A DNA stretch of 64,000 nt, taken from NCBI GenBank assembly GCA_035487095.1, contig DATHMM010000063.1, positions 42,769 through 106,768 of the forward strand, in the 5' to 3' direction. Position numbers and translations under genes: made by a program. The stretch's first letter is position 1, and each line of letters begins with the position of its first letter. A model generated the notes under the pieces. It worked only from the letters and a program-made list of their open reading frames with translations. It was not told the origin of the DNA and did not search any database. The DNA is from Candidatus Sulfotelmatobacter sp. (GTDB lineage Bacteria; Acidobacteriota; Terriglobia; Acidiferrales; UBA7541). Below, piece by piece: positions 1 to 10,139 of the stretch.

Positions 1-1734
1 AAGACAGACTATTACATTAGCCTCGATGAGTCTGAGAAGGCGCCGTACACCACTCTACCGTCACCGACACTGAATTTTTCGCCCAGCCCCGACGCCTCGA
101 TCATCGGTTTTGCCACGGAGCCGCCTCCTTTTCCCACGGCCACTCCGACCGCTGTGTTAGCGGCGATCGAGCCGTCTTTGGAAACCGCCGATCTCGGCCT
201 GCTGACCACTGGTGCTTCTGGCGAAAACAATACTTTTGTACTTACGCCCGTTCCGGACTTCGATACCCGAGTGGCGAATTTCAACAATTTGTCGAATGGA
301 CCATTCCCACTGCAGGGGCCGAATCTCCCCTACGATTCCTACACGGGTGATACGACACACCGGCTCTTCGAGATGTGGCAACAATCGGATTGCAATATCA
401 AGAACGCCACGCGGCACAACCCTTCGGGCTGCCTGAACGATCTCTATCCGTTTGTCATCACGAACTATACGAATCAGATCGATCCGTTTGACACGCCTCC
501 GGCGATCGACGACAACGGCGGCGGCAATTCCATGGGCTTTTACAACATGCAGGAAGGGGACGTCCCGGTTCTGAAGAAGCTGGCCGATGAATACTCGATG
601 AGCGACAACTTTCACCAGTCGGTAATGGGCGGGACCGGAGCCAATCACGTGATGCTTGGCACCGGCGACGCCATCTTCTGGTCCGATGGCAATGGCAATC
701 CCACGATGCCGCCCTCGCACCTCGCGAACCCCGATCCGCTACCGGGCACGAATGACGTCTACACCGTTGACCTGTTCTTCGACGGCAACTTCAGCGAGTG
801 CGCTGATCCTACGCAGCCCGGCATCAAGCCGATTCGCGATTACTTGGAATCCCTGCCATACCATCCTGGGCCCAATTGCGAAACGGGACGCTTCTACATG
901 GTCAACAATGACAACCCGGGCTTTCTGCCCGACGGCACTGTCGACACGGCGGGGATCGCCAAGGGCGGTTCCGTTCCTCCGACCAATGTGCGTACCATCG
1001 GCGATGAGCTCAGTGATGAGAAAATTTCGTGGGCTTATTACGGAGGGGCTTACAACGCGGCGGTTGCTCTTCAGCAGAATCCCGGGAACCCGGATCCGGC
1101 CGTGCAAATTGGCAGAGCCTACTGCAACATCTGCAACTTCGAATCCTATTCAACGTCCATCATGGGCAATACAGCTCAACGAACCGAGCACATCAAGGAC
1201 GCCACCGATTTTTTTGCCGCCGTGGACAACGGCACTTTGCCTGCGGTCTCCTTCGTGAAGCCGGATGGCCTGCTGGACGGCCACCCAGCGTCTTCAAAAG
1301 AAGACCTGTTTGAGGGCATGGTTAAGAAAATCATGGACCACCTCACCGCCAATCAGGAGCTCTTTGCTTCCACCGTTTTGTTTATCACCATGGACGAGGG
1401 CGGCGGTTTGTATGACTCAGGCTACATTCAACCGCTGGACTTCTTCGGCGATGGGCCGCGCATCCCGCTAATCGCTGTGTCGCCATTTACGCGGGGTGGC
1501 CACATCAGTCATACGTATACCGACCACGTGTCGATCCTCAAGTTCATCGAAAGGAACTGGAACTTGAAGCCACTCACGCATCGCAGCCGCGATAACTTCC
1601 CGAACCCCATCGCGGACGATGAAAATCCCTATGTACCTCTCAATAGTCCGGCCATCGGCGATCTCTTCGACCTGTTCGATTTCGGGAACCACCACGGTGA
1701 GCAGGGCGGCGACGACCACGGCGGCGACCGCTAA
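1..1734 (+). CDS. Phospholipase C / acid phosphatase AcpA-like phosphoesterase (5' truncated by window edge)
   Basis: Frame is open from base 1 to TAA at 1734. Motifs SMGFYN, SDNFHQSVMGGTGANH, LPAVSFVKP..DGHP, DEGGG.YD, GDGPRIP, DHVSILKFIERNW. Confidence 0.9.
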   Translation, partial: KTDYYISLDESEKAPYTTLPSPTLNFSPSPDASIIGFATEPPPFPTATPTAVLAAIEPSLETADLGLLTTGASGENNTFVLTPVPDFDTRVANFNNLSNGPFPLQGPNLPYDSYTGDTTHRLFEMWQQSDCNIKNATRHNPSGCLNDLYPFVITNYTNQIDPFDTPPAIDDNGGGNSMGFYNMQEGDVPVLKKLADEYSMSDNFHQSVMGGTGANHVMLGTGDAIFWSDGNGNPTMPPSHLANPDPLPGTNDVYTVDLFFDGNFSECADPTQPGIKPIRDYLESLPYHPGPNCETGRFYMVNNDNPGFLPDGTVDTAGIAKGGSVPPTNVRTIGDELSDEKISWAYYGGAYNAAVALQQNPGNPDPAVQIGRAYCNICNFESYSTSIMGNTAQRTEHIKDATDFFAAVDNGTLPAVSFVKPDGLLDGHPASSKEDLFEGMVKKIMDHLTANQELFASTVLFITMDEGGGLYDSGYIQPLDFFGDGPRIPLIAVSPFTRGGHISHTYTDHVSILKFIERNWNLKPLTHRSRDNFPNPIADDENPYVPLNSPAIGDLFDLFDFGNHHGEQGGDDHGGDR

Positions 1735-1756
1735 GAATCTCTTCACGATCACCAAC

Positions 1757-1788
1757 AAAGAGAGCGGCCTCACGGGCCGCTCTTTTTT
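1757..1788 (+). terminator. Rho-independent terminator
   Basis: Hairpin AGAGCGGCC-loop-GGCCGCTCT followed by a T run, just after the stop codon. Confidence 0.85.
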
Positions 1789-2029
1789 CATTTCTTTTAC
1801 ACTTTTGTCGTAAATTTTGAAAGCAGGCCAAAACCGAGTGCACGAGAATGCTGAAGTTGTGGGCAAATACCCTGTCAGTGCCTGGTAAGTCGTGCCAGCC
1901 AAGCAGACAAGTTCTGTACCATTACTTAAATTGTATCTAGGGCACCCGTTTATCGCATCTGTTGTAGTAAGTGCCTCCGACAACCTGCGCGAGGCACCCA
2001 CCGGGGTGGCTGGAAGGAAGGTGATTCCT

Positions 2030-3094
2030 ATGTACGTTGCTCGTTTCGGTTCTTTGCTTCTCGCATCTCTGCTTCTTGCCGCCGTAGCTTCTGCGCAAAT
2101 TGACGCGCCTTCCAAGGCGCTGATTCCGACCACCCAAGTTACCAACGACATGATTCATCTGGATGTCGTAGTGACTCCCAGATCGGGTCCGCCGCTTGCC
2201 GGACTTCAGCAACAGGATTTCACCGTTTTGGATAACAAAAAGGAACAGCCCATTAGTTCTTTCAAAGCCGTTCGTGGGCGCGATGCGGACGTTCACATCA
2301 TTCTGGTAATCGATGATGTGAATACCGGCGTCGATCACATCGCGTATGAACGGTCCGAACTCGACAAATTCTTGAAAATGGACGAGGGCCACCTTGCCCA
2401 CCCCATGGCACTAGCGTTCCTGACGGATAAGGGCCTTCAGGTGCAGGATTCCTTCTCGACCAATGGGAATGCGCTGCGTGCTTCGCTCGACCAAACCTCC
2501 GTCGGATTGCATTCTATTCTCCGGTCTGGTGGCATCTATAGTGCGGAAGAGCGCTTCGAAGTTTCGCTCAAGGCTCTGTACGAACTGGCCAATCGAGAAG
2601 CAGCTCTGCCCGGCCGCAAGTTCCTGATCTGGCTCTCCCCGGGATGGCCAGTGCTCTCGGGCCCGGGCGTCCAGGAACAGCTCGATAACAAGCAACGCGA
2701 GCAAATCTTCCATGACATCATCAGCGTTTCTAACCTTTTGCGCAGTGCCCACGTTACGCTTTACAGCATCGATCCGCTGGGCGCTGCGGACTTCGGTACT
2801 CGCGCCTTCTGGTGGAAGGAATATGTGGGCGGTGTGGATAAGCCCAACGACGCGAACTTGGGCAACCTCGCGTTGCAAGTCCTCGCGGTCCAAAGTGGCG
2901 GGGTGGCCCTGACTGTGAGCAACGATATCGCTGCGGAAGTGCAAAAATGCGTTAACGATGCCGAGGCTTACTATGAACTTTCGTTTGCGCCGCCCTTGGA
3001 CCAGAAACCAAACGAATTAAATAAAGTGCAGGTGCGGGTGAACAAGCCCAGCGTGGATGTGCGCGCCGGCCAGGTCTATTATTGGCAACCCTGA
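2030..3094 (+). CDS. VWA domain protein (VWFA-related acidobacterial family), secreted
   Basis: RBS GGAAGG before ATG 2030. Signal peptide; LDVVV..G.P..GL...DF.VLDN; PGRK.LIW.SPGWP; LAVQSGG; YYELSF.P. Confidence 0.85.
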   Translation: MYVARFGSLLLASLLLAAVASAQIDAPSKALIPTTQVTNDMIHLDVVVTPRSGPPLAGLQQQDFTVLDNKKEQPISSFKAVRGRDADVHIILVIDDVNTGVDHIAYERSELDKFLKMDEGHLAHPMALAFLTDKGLQVQDSFSTNGNALRASLDQTSVGLHSILRSGGIYSAEERFEVSLKALYELANREAALPGRKFLIWLSPGWPVLSGPGVQEQLDNKQREQIFHDIISVSNLLRSAHVTLYSIDPLGAADFGTRAFWWKEYVGGVDKPNDANLGNLALQVLAVQSGGVALTVSNDIAAEVQKCVNDAEAYYELSFAPPLDQKPNELNKVQVRVNKPSVDVRAGQVYYWQP

Positions 3095-3389
3095 AGGCTT
3101 ACATGACTGTCTCAGTCCTCTTGGCGCTAACCTTTTGGAGCGAAGTTCACCTGCACTTCCAGCTGAACGGAAACCGGCTGGCCGTTTGGAGCAAGTTCAA
3201 GGCTGCTCAGGAGCAACGACCTGTTCAATTTCGGGTGGGAAGGTTTTACCGCTGCAATTAGAGAACACCCTTTCCGTAAAGGTGCTCGACCATAACTGCA
3301 GCCTAGTTCAACCTTGTGCGTCTCATCGTTTTGGCGGAATATGAGACATCCGCCCGGGAAGATTGGCACTCTCGCAGAGCACAACCAAA

Positions 3390-5156
3390 ATGCATAAATT
3401 TTGGCGGTCAGCCGCGGAATTTCTAGTTGCCTGCCTGGCGCTGGCATTACTTACTATTATCTGCGGACGACTGCATTGTAATCTCACTACGTCCGGTTTC
3501 CTTTATGTGGTTGTCGTCGTACTGGTATCCCGCTTCGGGAACTTTGTTTCATCAATCGTGACCTCCATCATCGCGGCTCTGTGCTTGGCATACCTTGCTC
3601 CCCCCGGTTTCAGTTTTCGAATTGACGATCCACTTGATGTGGTGGCGGTCGCTACCTTCTTGATCGCTTCAGTGACTATCTCAGGCCTGGTATCCAAAGT
3701 GCGCAAGCAAGCGGAGCATAAACTGCGAGATAGCGAGGAGCGGTTACGGCTAGCAGTACAAGCCGGAAGGATGTACGCGTTCGAGTGGGACATGGCAAGC
3801 GATGTGATCGTGCGAACCGGACGGTGCGGAGATATTCTGGATTGGATGGACGATCCCACGCGTGATAGGGGTCGCCAATTTGTCGACCGAATTCACCCCG
3901 ATGACCGCGAGACGTATTTATCTCCAAAGACTCGGCTTACCCCTGAGAGTCCTAACTATCGAATTGATTATCGGCTGTTACATCCGAACGGTAATGTAAT
4001 TTGGCTGGAGGCAACCGGGTGCGTCTTCTTCGACGGTAAAGGCAGGAGACTGCGCATCATAGGCCTGGTGGTGGATGTAACCGAGCGCAAGCAGGCGGAA
4101 GCCGCGCTTCGCGAGACCGAAGCGCGGTTCAAGTTGGTGGCAGATACCGCTCCTGCGTTGATTTGGATGTCAGGAATAGACAAGTTATGCACCTTTTTCA
4201 ATAAGGGTTGGCTGGACTTCACTGGGCGATCCATTGACTTGGAACTTGGGAACGGCTGGACGGAAGGCGTTCACCCTGAGGACTCGCAGGGCTGCTTTGA
4301 CACCTATATTCGAGCTTTTGAAGCGCGTCAGAAGTTCACGATGGAGTATCGGCTCCGGCGCTACGACGGCGAATATCGCTGGGTTCTCGACATTGGGGTG
4401 CCGAGGTTCAATCAAGATGGCTCATTCGCTGGTTTCATTGGATCATGTATGGATATTACGGATCTCAAGCTTGCCGAAGAAGCCCTCTCAGGCGTCAACT
4501 GCAGGTTGATTGAAGCCCAAGAGCAGGAGCGCACCCGGATCGCGAGGGAGCTTCACGACGACATCGGTCAGCGTATCGCGTTGCAGACACTGAATCTTGA
4601 AAGCTTGAAAGACGCTGTCCCCGCGTCGGCAACCGAATCGCGTCGTCGCATCGGTGAAATCCAGGATCAAATCTCGGATCTTGGAACGGATATTCAAGGA
4701 CTGTCGCACCGCCTGCATTCCTCGAGGTTGGATGATCTCGGCCTTGAAGTGGCGGCCGCCGGATTCTGCAAAGAGTTATCTGAACGGCAAGGAGTGGAGA
4801 TTGATTTTCGTTGCAAAAACCTTCCGAAAAGGCTCTCTGAAGAGATTTCGCTTTGTCTCTTCCGCGTCATGCAAGAAGCCCTCCAGAATGCGATCAAGCA
4901 TAGCGGTTCGCGGCACTTCGACGTGTCGTTCGGCGGTGGTCTGAATGAGGTCCAGTTGACGGTGCGTGATTCAGGGATTGGCTTTGATCCCGAGAAGGCC
5001 GTGGGTGGAGCCGGGCTTGGCCTAACGAGCATGAAGGAGCGGCTGAAGTTAGTCGATGGAAAACTCTCCGTAAATTCCCAACTCCTTGTGGGCTCGACGG
5101 TCGATGCCCGTGTGCCGCTCAATCCTAAAATCAGGTCAGTGGGTGCACGAGATTAG
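3390..5156 (+). CDS. Sensor histidine kinase: DUF4118-like TM region, 2 PAS/PAC, HisKA_3, HATPase (NarX/UhpB class)
   Basis: N-terminal TM helices, PAS motifs (IHPDD, VHPED), ERTRIARELHDDIGQ H-box, QEALQNAIKH, D.GIGFD, GLGL.SMKER. Start could be 3363 or 3390. Confidence 0.9.
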   Translation: MHKFWRSAAEFLVACLALALLTIICGRLHCNLTTSGFLYVVVVVLVSRFGNFVSSIVTSIIAALCLAYLAPPGFSFRIDDPLDVVAVATFLIASVTISGLVSKVRKQAEHKLRDSEERLRLAVQAGRMYAFEWDMASDVIVRTGRCGDILDWMDDPTRDRGRQFVDRIHPDDRETYLSPKTRLTPESPNYRIDYRLLHPNGNVIWLEATGCVFFDGKGRRLRIIGLVVDVTERKQAEAALRETEARFKLVADTAPALIWMSGIDKLCTFFNKGWLDFTGRSIDLELGNGWTEGVHPEDSQGCFDTYIRAFEARQKFTMEYRLRRYDGEYRWVLDIGVPRFNQDGSFAGFIGSCMDITDLKLAEEALSGVNCRLIEAQEQERTRIARELHDDIGQRIALQTLNLESLKDAVPASATESRRRIGEIQDQISDLGTDIQGLSHRLHSSRLDDLGLEVAAAGFCKELSERQGVEIDFRCKNLPKRLSEEISLCLFRVMQEALQNAIKHSGSRHFDVSFGGGLNEVQLTVRDSGIGFDPEKAVGGAGLGLTSMKERLKLVDGKLSVNSQLLVGSTVDARVPLNPKIRSVGARD

Positions 5157-5302
5157 AATGGCTGACGAATACGGCCGGAGCGTCCAAATCACGTTGGAGC
5201 TACGACTTTGTACAACACGTTGCGCCCGCACTCGGCGCTGGGTTACAGGCCGCGTGCCCCCGCGGCTTGGCAATCAATCCGCCGAACACTCATCGGTAAA
5301 AT

Positions 5303-5318
5303 TCAGGTAAATACCTGA
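5303..5318. promoter_or_regulatory. Perfect 7-2-7 palindrome TCAGGTA-AA-TACCTGA, candidate response-regulator binding site
   Basis: Perfect inverted repeat in an intergenic region; a near-identical site lies at 32172-32187. Confidence 0.45.
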
Positions 5319-5551
5319 TGGCATCATTCTTGCCACCAACGTACAGTCGCTTCTAGCTAAGTCCAGAAATACATCTGGCTGGGACGCTCTTCCTCCGAGG
5401 GGCGTCCCTCCATGAATCCAGCCAACAAACCAGCAGAGCAAGCCCAGTCGGTGTAGTTACCCTCAGGGCAAGTTCCATTGCCGGCTTCAGCCCCAAATGT
5501 TTTCTAGAAGAGAGCGCTGTCGCTTGCAGAAGCGTTCGGCGAGAGGTGCGA

Positions 5552-6736
5552 GTGCACAGGATGAAGCTCCAATGGGAAGCGGGCAAAGGGCAGGGTTTTG
5601 CCGTTGCTTTGGGCCTGGTGTGCCTGATGGGCGTGGCGTCGGCAAAGGCGCAAAACGCCGATGCGCCCCAGGACAAGCCCTCCGCTACACGGTTATTGAC
5701 GGTGGAGGAAGGGCGCTCCATCGCAAATGCCGCGCTGCAGCAAGAGCAACCAACGCGCGGGTCGCAGGATTGTTCGCACCTGATTCATGAGATTTACGGG
5801 AGCGCCGGATTTGAATACCCGTATGCCAGTTCGTTCGAGCTGTTTGCCGGGAACGGGGACTTTGCTCGCGTCCGGTACCCGCACGCCGGAGATTTGATTG
5901 TGTGGCCGGGGCACGTTGGCATTGTCGTCGATCCGGTGCAACACAGTTTTTCCAGCCTGGTGAGCACGGGATTCGATGTACAGGATTACGAAGGAGCGTA
6001 TTGGAAGTCGCGGGGCCGGCCGCGCTATTACCGCTACAAGGTGCAAAATGGCGGTGCGTTGACCGCAGCGAAGGCTCCTGCATCGAGACAAGTCTCGAAT
6101 CCGCACCGGCCGCCCAGCGATGGCACGCTGATCGAAGAGCGATCCGGGGAAGGAAATTCCGCCTTGAGCCAGCCTACAAAGGCGGCATCTGAAAGGTCGG
6201 TGTTGATCTATGGGCCGGCGGCGCCCGAGGAAGTGTCCGAAGCGAGCGCTCCATTTGAAATCCCTACGAGCATGATTGTCGCGGCGGGAGGCAAGTCGCC
6301 AACGCGCGAGGAAGTGTCCGAGGCCATTTCGGAATTGAGTGACGCGGCGGGGAATTTGCTGCGCAAGGATGATCCGTTCAAAGCGAGCTCGCCAGTGGTG
6401 ATCGTGGAACAGTTCAGCGTGGTGCGGGTGGAAATCAAGCGCGACCATGGCTGGGCGCGCCTGCAGGTTGAGTCCAAGGTATCCCTCGACGGCGGAAAGA
6501 TTCAACGGAAACCCCGGCGAGAGAATGTCCGCTGGGAGTTGCGGCGTGTGCCGGCGGGTTGGGAGGTCGTTACTCCGCAGGATCGGACGTATATACCCCA
6601 TGACGTGGCGGTGAAGGATTTGGCGGCGCAGCTTTCGCAACTGACGCAGAGCGTGGGCGCCACCGCTGACCAGGCGATGGTTGTCCAGCAGGAATCGCAC
6701 ATCGCGAATCTACTTAACGCGCTGCTGGTCCAGTAA
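5552..6736 (+). CDS. NlpC/P60 (C40) cell-wall peptidase domain protein with uncharacterised C-terminal domain
   Basis: Signal peptide, then QDCSHL (catalytic Cys) and GDLIVWPGHVGIV (catalytic His). Start is approximate (5546/5552/5561). Confidence 0.8.
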   Translation: MHRMKLQWEAGKGQGFAVALGLVCLMGVASAKAQNADAPQDKPSATRLLTVEEGRSIANAALQQEQPTRGSQDCSHLIHEIYGSAGFEYPYASSFELFAGNGDFARVRYPHAGDLIVWPGHVGIVVDPVQHSFSSLVSTGFDVQDYEGAYWKSRGRPRYYRYKVQNGGALTAAKAPASRQVSNPHRPPSDGTLIEERSGEGNSALSQPTKAASERSVLIYGPAAPEEVSEASAPFEIPTSMIVAAGGKSPTREEVSEAISELSDAAGNLLRKDDPFKASSPVVIVEQFSVVRVEIKRDHGWARLQVESKVSLDGGKIQRKPRRENVRWELRRVPAGWEVVTPQDRTYIPHDVAVKDLAAQLSQLTQSVGATADQAMVVQQESHIANLLNALLVQ

Positions 6737-6865
6737 TGCCTCAACATGTCCGGCGGCGTTTTCCCGGACTTGAGAATATCTGCCAGTAAATCCAATTCTG
6801 TTTTCGTTATTTGTATTGCGAAAGCGCCCAGCTGGCAAATGCGTGCCACGCGGTAGTCTCGCCGA

Positions 6866-6976
6866 TTGGGGAACACGGGACGGGAACAGGGAACCTTTTC
6901 ATTTGCTTTCCCTACCTCTGTTTCAATTTCCAGGCTAGCGGTAGAAGATCCTTAAAGATCTCCAAGTGTTCCCCAA
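6866..6976. repeat. Dispersed inverted-repeat element, copy 1 (REP/MITE-like)
   Basis: TTGGGGAACAC (6866-6876) and GTGTTCCCCAA (6966-6976) form an inverted repeat. Core 6897-6936 matches 18821-18860 at 33/40 ungapped positions. Confidence 0.65.
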
Positions 6977-7070
6977 GTTCCCGAGCGTGGCCGCGAGGGG
7001 GAAGTTCCGTATCGGAAAATGAGTTTTATTTCTTGATTGAAGCTACACTTGGCGCGACAAAGGAGGCTTC

Positions 7071-7646
7071 ATGCCAAGAATCGTCTTCGCTCTCTGTGTG
7101 TTCCTGATGGCTGCGAGCGCGTTTCGCGTCTCCGCGCAAGTGTATCCATACAGAGACGGAACTCCCGGCGTCGCCGGATACCGCTCGGAAGTGATGGCCG
7201 AGGTCATGATCCAGGAAAGCGAATTCGTCCGCATCGCCGAAGCGATCCCCGCCGATAAATATACGTGGCGCCCTTCCCCGGACGTTCGCACCATCGCCGA
7301 AGTTTTCCTGCACGCCAGCGCCGCCAACTTCAACCTTTACAGACTTGTGGGCACTCCCACTCCGGCCGGGGTCGACACGAAAACTCTCGAGCAGTCCACC
7401 ACCGACAAAGCAAAAGTCATCGCCACGCTCAAGGCTTCCTATGCCCACGCCAAAGCAGCCATCCGTGCCATGCCGGATGCCGACCTCGAAAAGGTTCTCG
7501 ATTGGAACGGTGGGAAGATCACCGAACGCGGCGTGCTGCTCTACATCGTTCAGCACATCGCACAGCACCTCGGTCAGCAGATCGCTTACGCGCGCTCGAT
7601 CGGCGTCGTCCCACCGTGGACAGTCGATCCGCCGCGGAAGGACTGA
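7071..7646 (+). CDS. DinB family protein (secreted)
   Basis: RBS AAGGAGG. Signal peptide; AEAIPADKYTWRP..VRT..EVFLH; H...HLGQ.IAYAR..GVVPPW. Confidence 0.9.
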   Translation: MPRIVFALCVFLMAASAFRVSAQVYPYRDGTPGVAGYRSEVMAEVMIQESEFVRIAEAIPADKYTWRPSPDVRTIAEVFLHASAANFNLYRLVGTPTPAGVDTKTLEQSTTDKAKVIATLKASYAHAKAAIRAMPDADLEKVLDWNGGKITERGVLLYIVQHIAQHLGQQIAYARSIGVVPPWTVDPPRKD

Positions 7647-7681
7647 CCACGGAGCATCTCAGTTCAGGCGAGGAAAGCGTC

Positions 7682-8347
7682 TCAAGCCAAAAGTGATTCT
7701 GATTTGCGAGCGGCGCAGGTGAATTTCCGGATCGCTTGTCGTTTCGGGGGAGATGACGAGGTAAGGGACATCCCGGCTTTCCGGGCGCGTTCAAATCGAT
7801 GCGCAGAGTCAATACATCCAAATACAACCGGCATTTTCAAACACCACGCGCCGTTTTCTTTATGTGCGTAGACCGATCCTCCCTTTCCGCAAAGACCGCC
7901 ACAAACATCCATGACGGCAAACAGGGCTTTGTCATGAGCGCGATTGAACGCGACTCGCGAAAAGCCTACCCACTTGAATTGCAGGCGTTCCTCGGGAATG
8001 AGTTCCCATTCGTCAGCGACCTTATAATTCCAGGGAATTATCAATTTCTTCTTTGGGTAATCGAAATCAAGCCTGTATTGAGCATCGCCCAATTCCCGCA
8101 GCGGGTTGATTAGAGACAGGGGAACGCCTGCTTTTTGCATCATTTTGTTTGTGCATCCACCGGATTCAGTAGGGAACTCGAAGGTGCGCGACCTTAGATA
8201 GAGATTGCTCGGCGCATGCCTTGAAAAGTAGTGATTCAGCCACGCGGAGTAAATGGCGTACTCATCCGCCGTGACACTATTGGGAATTTGGGTTTTGCAT
8301 CCCGCGAGCGAAGCGATTAAGGCGATAAGTGCGATGCATTTTGTCAT
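7682..8347 (-). CDS. Hypothetical lipoprotein, probably frameshifted near its C-terminus (natural stop probably 7809)
   Basis: Lipobox LAGC; FSRVAFN...ALF....CGGLCG.G motif. The alternative frame gives W-V-F-E-N-A-G-C-I-W-M-Y-stop. Confidence 0.65.
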   Translation of the reverse strand: MTKCIALIALIASLAGCKTQIPNSVTADEYAIYSAWLNHYFSRHAPSNLYLRSRTFEFPTESGGCTNKMMQKAGVPLSLINPLRELGDAQYRLDFDYPKKKLIIPWNYKVADEWELIPEERLQFKWVGFSRVAFNRAHDKALFAVMDVCGGLCGKGGSVYAHKENGAWCLKMPVVFGCIDSAHRFERARKAGMSLTSSSPPKRQAIRKFTCAARKSESLLA

Positions 8348-8486
8348 GGCTGTGGCCACAGTTGAATCGCTGCCAGCTTAGTATATTCGTGGATCTTTTA
8401 AGTTGCCTCTTCGCGGCTCAGCAATCCGGGGGGATAATCTGTTGTGGAAACCCTTGATTTGTCGTTAATCAAGGGCCGGCGGCTAA

Positions 8487-9326
8487 TCACTGCCAAGTCT
8501 TTTCTTGAATAGCAGTTGCGCTCTCTCGGATAACGTCCTTGACTGACTGGACAACCAGTTCCGGTTGATCCTGCTGAATATAGTGGCCGCTCTTTTTCGC
8601 CTCAACAAGCCGCCCGTACTTCGATCGGCCAGCCAAGTCTTTCTGCAGAAGGTGAAACACGATTTCGGACTGTTCTGCCATCGGGTCGGAAGCGGCTGAT
8701 GGCGGCGTCTCTCCATGCTCAATGACGACCAGTGGCCCGTTGAAATGCCACTCCAACCGGTCGTTTCCTGGTAGGAAACCCTGCGCACGCTGTTCGTTCT
8801 CTGGAAATCGGTCGCGAATGCGTTGGGCCCATTGGGGCGAAATCTGTGACACGCGGGCGAATTGCTCTTCGTGCGCGGAGTCGAGCAACACGAGCCCCGT
8901 TACTTCTGTGGGGTGCCGCGCTGCATACTTGCGAACATACATTCCGCCAATCGAGTGTCCGACCATCACGAACGGCGGAGGAATATGAGCGGCCTGAAGA
9001 AGCTGATGGAGGTCGCCGGCAATTTCATCGGCAGTATGAGCAACGGTGGGCCTGTCGCTTTTTCCGAGGCCCAAGCGGTCATAGCTGCACACGTGCGCGA
9101 ATTGCCCGACTTGCTTCTGCACGGCACTCCAAACTTCTGAAGAGTCGCCGGTGCCGGCCTCCAGAATTACAGTTGGCCCGGGTGAATTTCCTGTGCAGTT
9201 CAGGAACATCTTCCTGGTGCTCACTTCAACAAGATGCCCCGTCAGATCATTTTGAGATGCCATCTGCGCGGTCGCACTCGTGCCCAGTACGAGTGCCGCT
9301 AAGGATAAGAATAGGTGCCGGTCCAT
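8487..9326 (-). CDS. Alpha/beta fold hydrolase (secreted)
   Basis: Signal peptide; VILEAG.G, YDRLGLGKSD, nucleophile elbow GHSIGG, catalytic His in SGHYIQ. Confidence 0.9.
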   Translation of the reverse strand: MDRHLFLSLAALVLGTSATAQMASQNDLTGHLVEVSTRKMFLNCTGNSPGPTVILEAGTGDSSEVWSAVQKQVGQFAHVCSYDRLGLGKSDRPTVAHTADEIAGDLHQLLQAAHIPPPFVMVGHSIGGMYVRKYAARHPTEVTGLVLLDSAHEEQFARVSQISPQWAQRIRDRFPENEQRAQGFLPGNDRLEWHFNGPLVVIEHGETPPSAASDPMAEQSEIVFHLLQKDLAGRSKYGRLVEAKKSGHYIQQDQPELVVQSVKDVIRESATAIQEKTWQ

Positions 9327-9388
9327 ATATTGGTTAGACACCGCTAAACCGGGAAAGTGGCGGGTAGTGGTCTGGCGGGAACTCCGGG

Positions 9389-9646
9389 CTACTTTTGATG
9401 AAGTTGCCGGTTAACCCTGGCGTCGTCCTTTTGTGCCGCCTTCAGCGACTTTTTTTGCTCCTTGGCTGCTCGCTTCAGGATTTTCCGCTGCTGCTTGGCG
9501 TTTTTCTTCGCCAATTTTTGTTGCTTCCTGGTCGCTTTAGCGGAATTGCCCTGATATTGCGCCGCGGTCATCTGAGCGCACAGCGGGATCGCGCACGAAG
9601 CGGTTAATCCCACGAGCAATACGGGAACAAGAAGGCGCTTCAGCAT
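9389..9646 (-). CDS. Small secreted Lys/Gln/Ala-rich hypothetical protein
   Basis: Signal-peptide-like N-terminus (MLKRLLVPVLLVG...CA) followed by a basic helical low-complexity region. Confidence 0.65.
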   Translation of the reverse strand: MLKRLLVPVLLVGLTASCAIPLCAQMTAAQYQGNSAKATRKQQKLAKKNAKQQRKILKRAAKEQKKSLKAAQKDDARVNRQLHQK

Positions 9647-9812
9647 AAGATTGGGTTCGGCATCAAAACTCAAGTTTATACCAAGAGGTGGGGGTTGAGT
9701 GGTCGCGATTCTGGCCGCAGGACTTGATCGGTTGAGTCACAGCTAGATTTGATGCCGGGACCCGCCCGGCCGGTTGCGGGGTGAATCAGGGATTGAACCG
9801 GATTTCCTCAGC

Positions 9813-10112
9813 TCACAACGAAAGAGGTGTGCCCAGGGTTGGCTCGCCGTCGGGCAGGTCTCTCACTTTGGCGACGCACATCATGGCGACAGGAATATCC
9901 GGCATCTTTTCCGGATCGTAGCCGTTAATGGCCGTGATGCTTCCCAGTTGCATGACTTTGAAGAGCATGGGAGCGCCATATCGCCGGACAAGCGCGGCTT
10001 CATACCGCTCGACGTTGAAGCCTTCGCCGGAGCCCGGAATCGTTCCGGAATACGCGGTCACCTCTTTGCCTCGAATGGTTCCCCAGTAATATTCGTTGTT
10101 GGTGTAGTTCAC
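9813..10112 (-). CDS. Hypothetical protein
   Basis: GGAG RBS upstream of GTG 10112, protein-like composition, directly downstream of the PilZ-like gene. Confidence 0.6.
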   Translation of the reverse strand: MNYTNNEYYWGTIRGKEVTAYSGTIPGSGEGFNVERYEAALVRRYGAPMLFKVMQLGSITAINGYDPEKMPDIPVAMMCVAKVRDLPDGEPTLGTPLSL

Positions 10113-10139
10113 GTTCGTTTTCTCCGTAGCCCCACGCAC

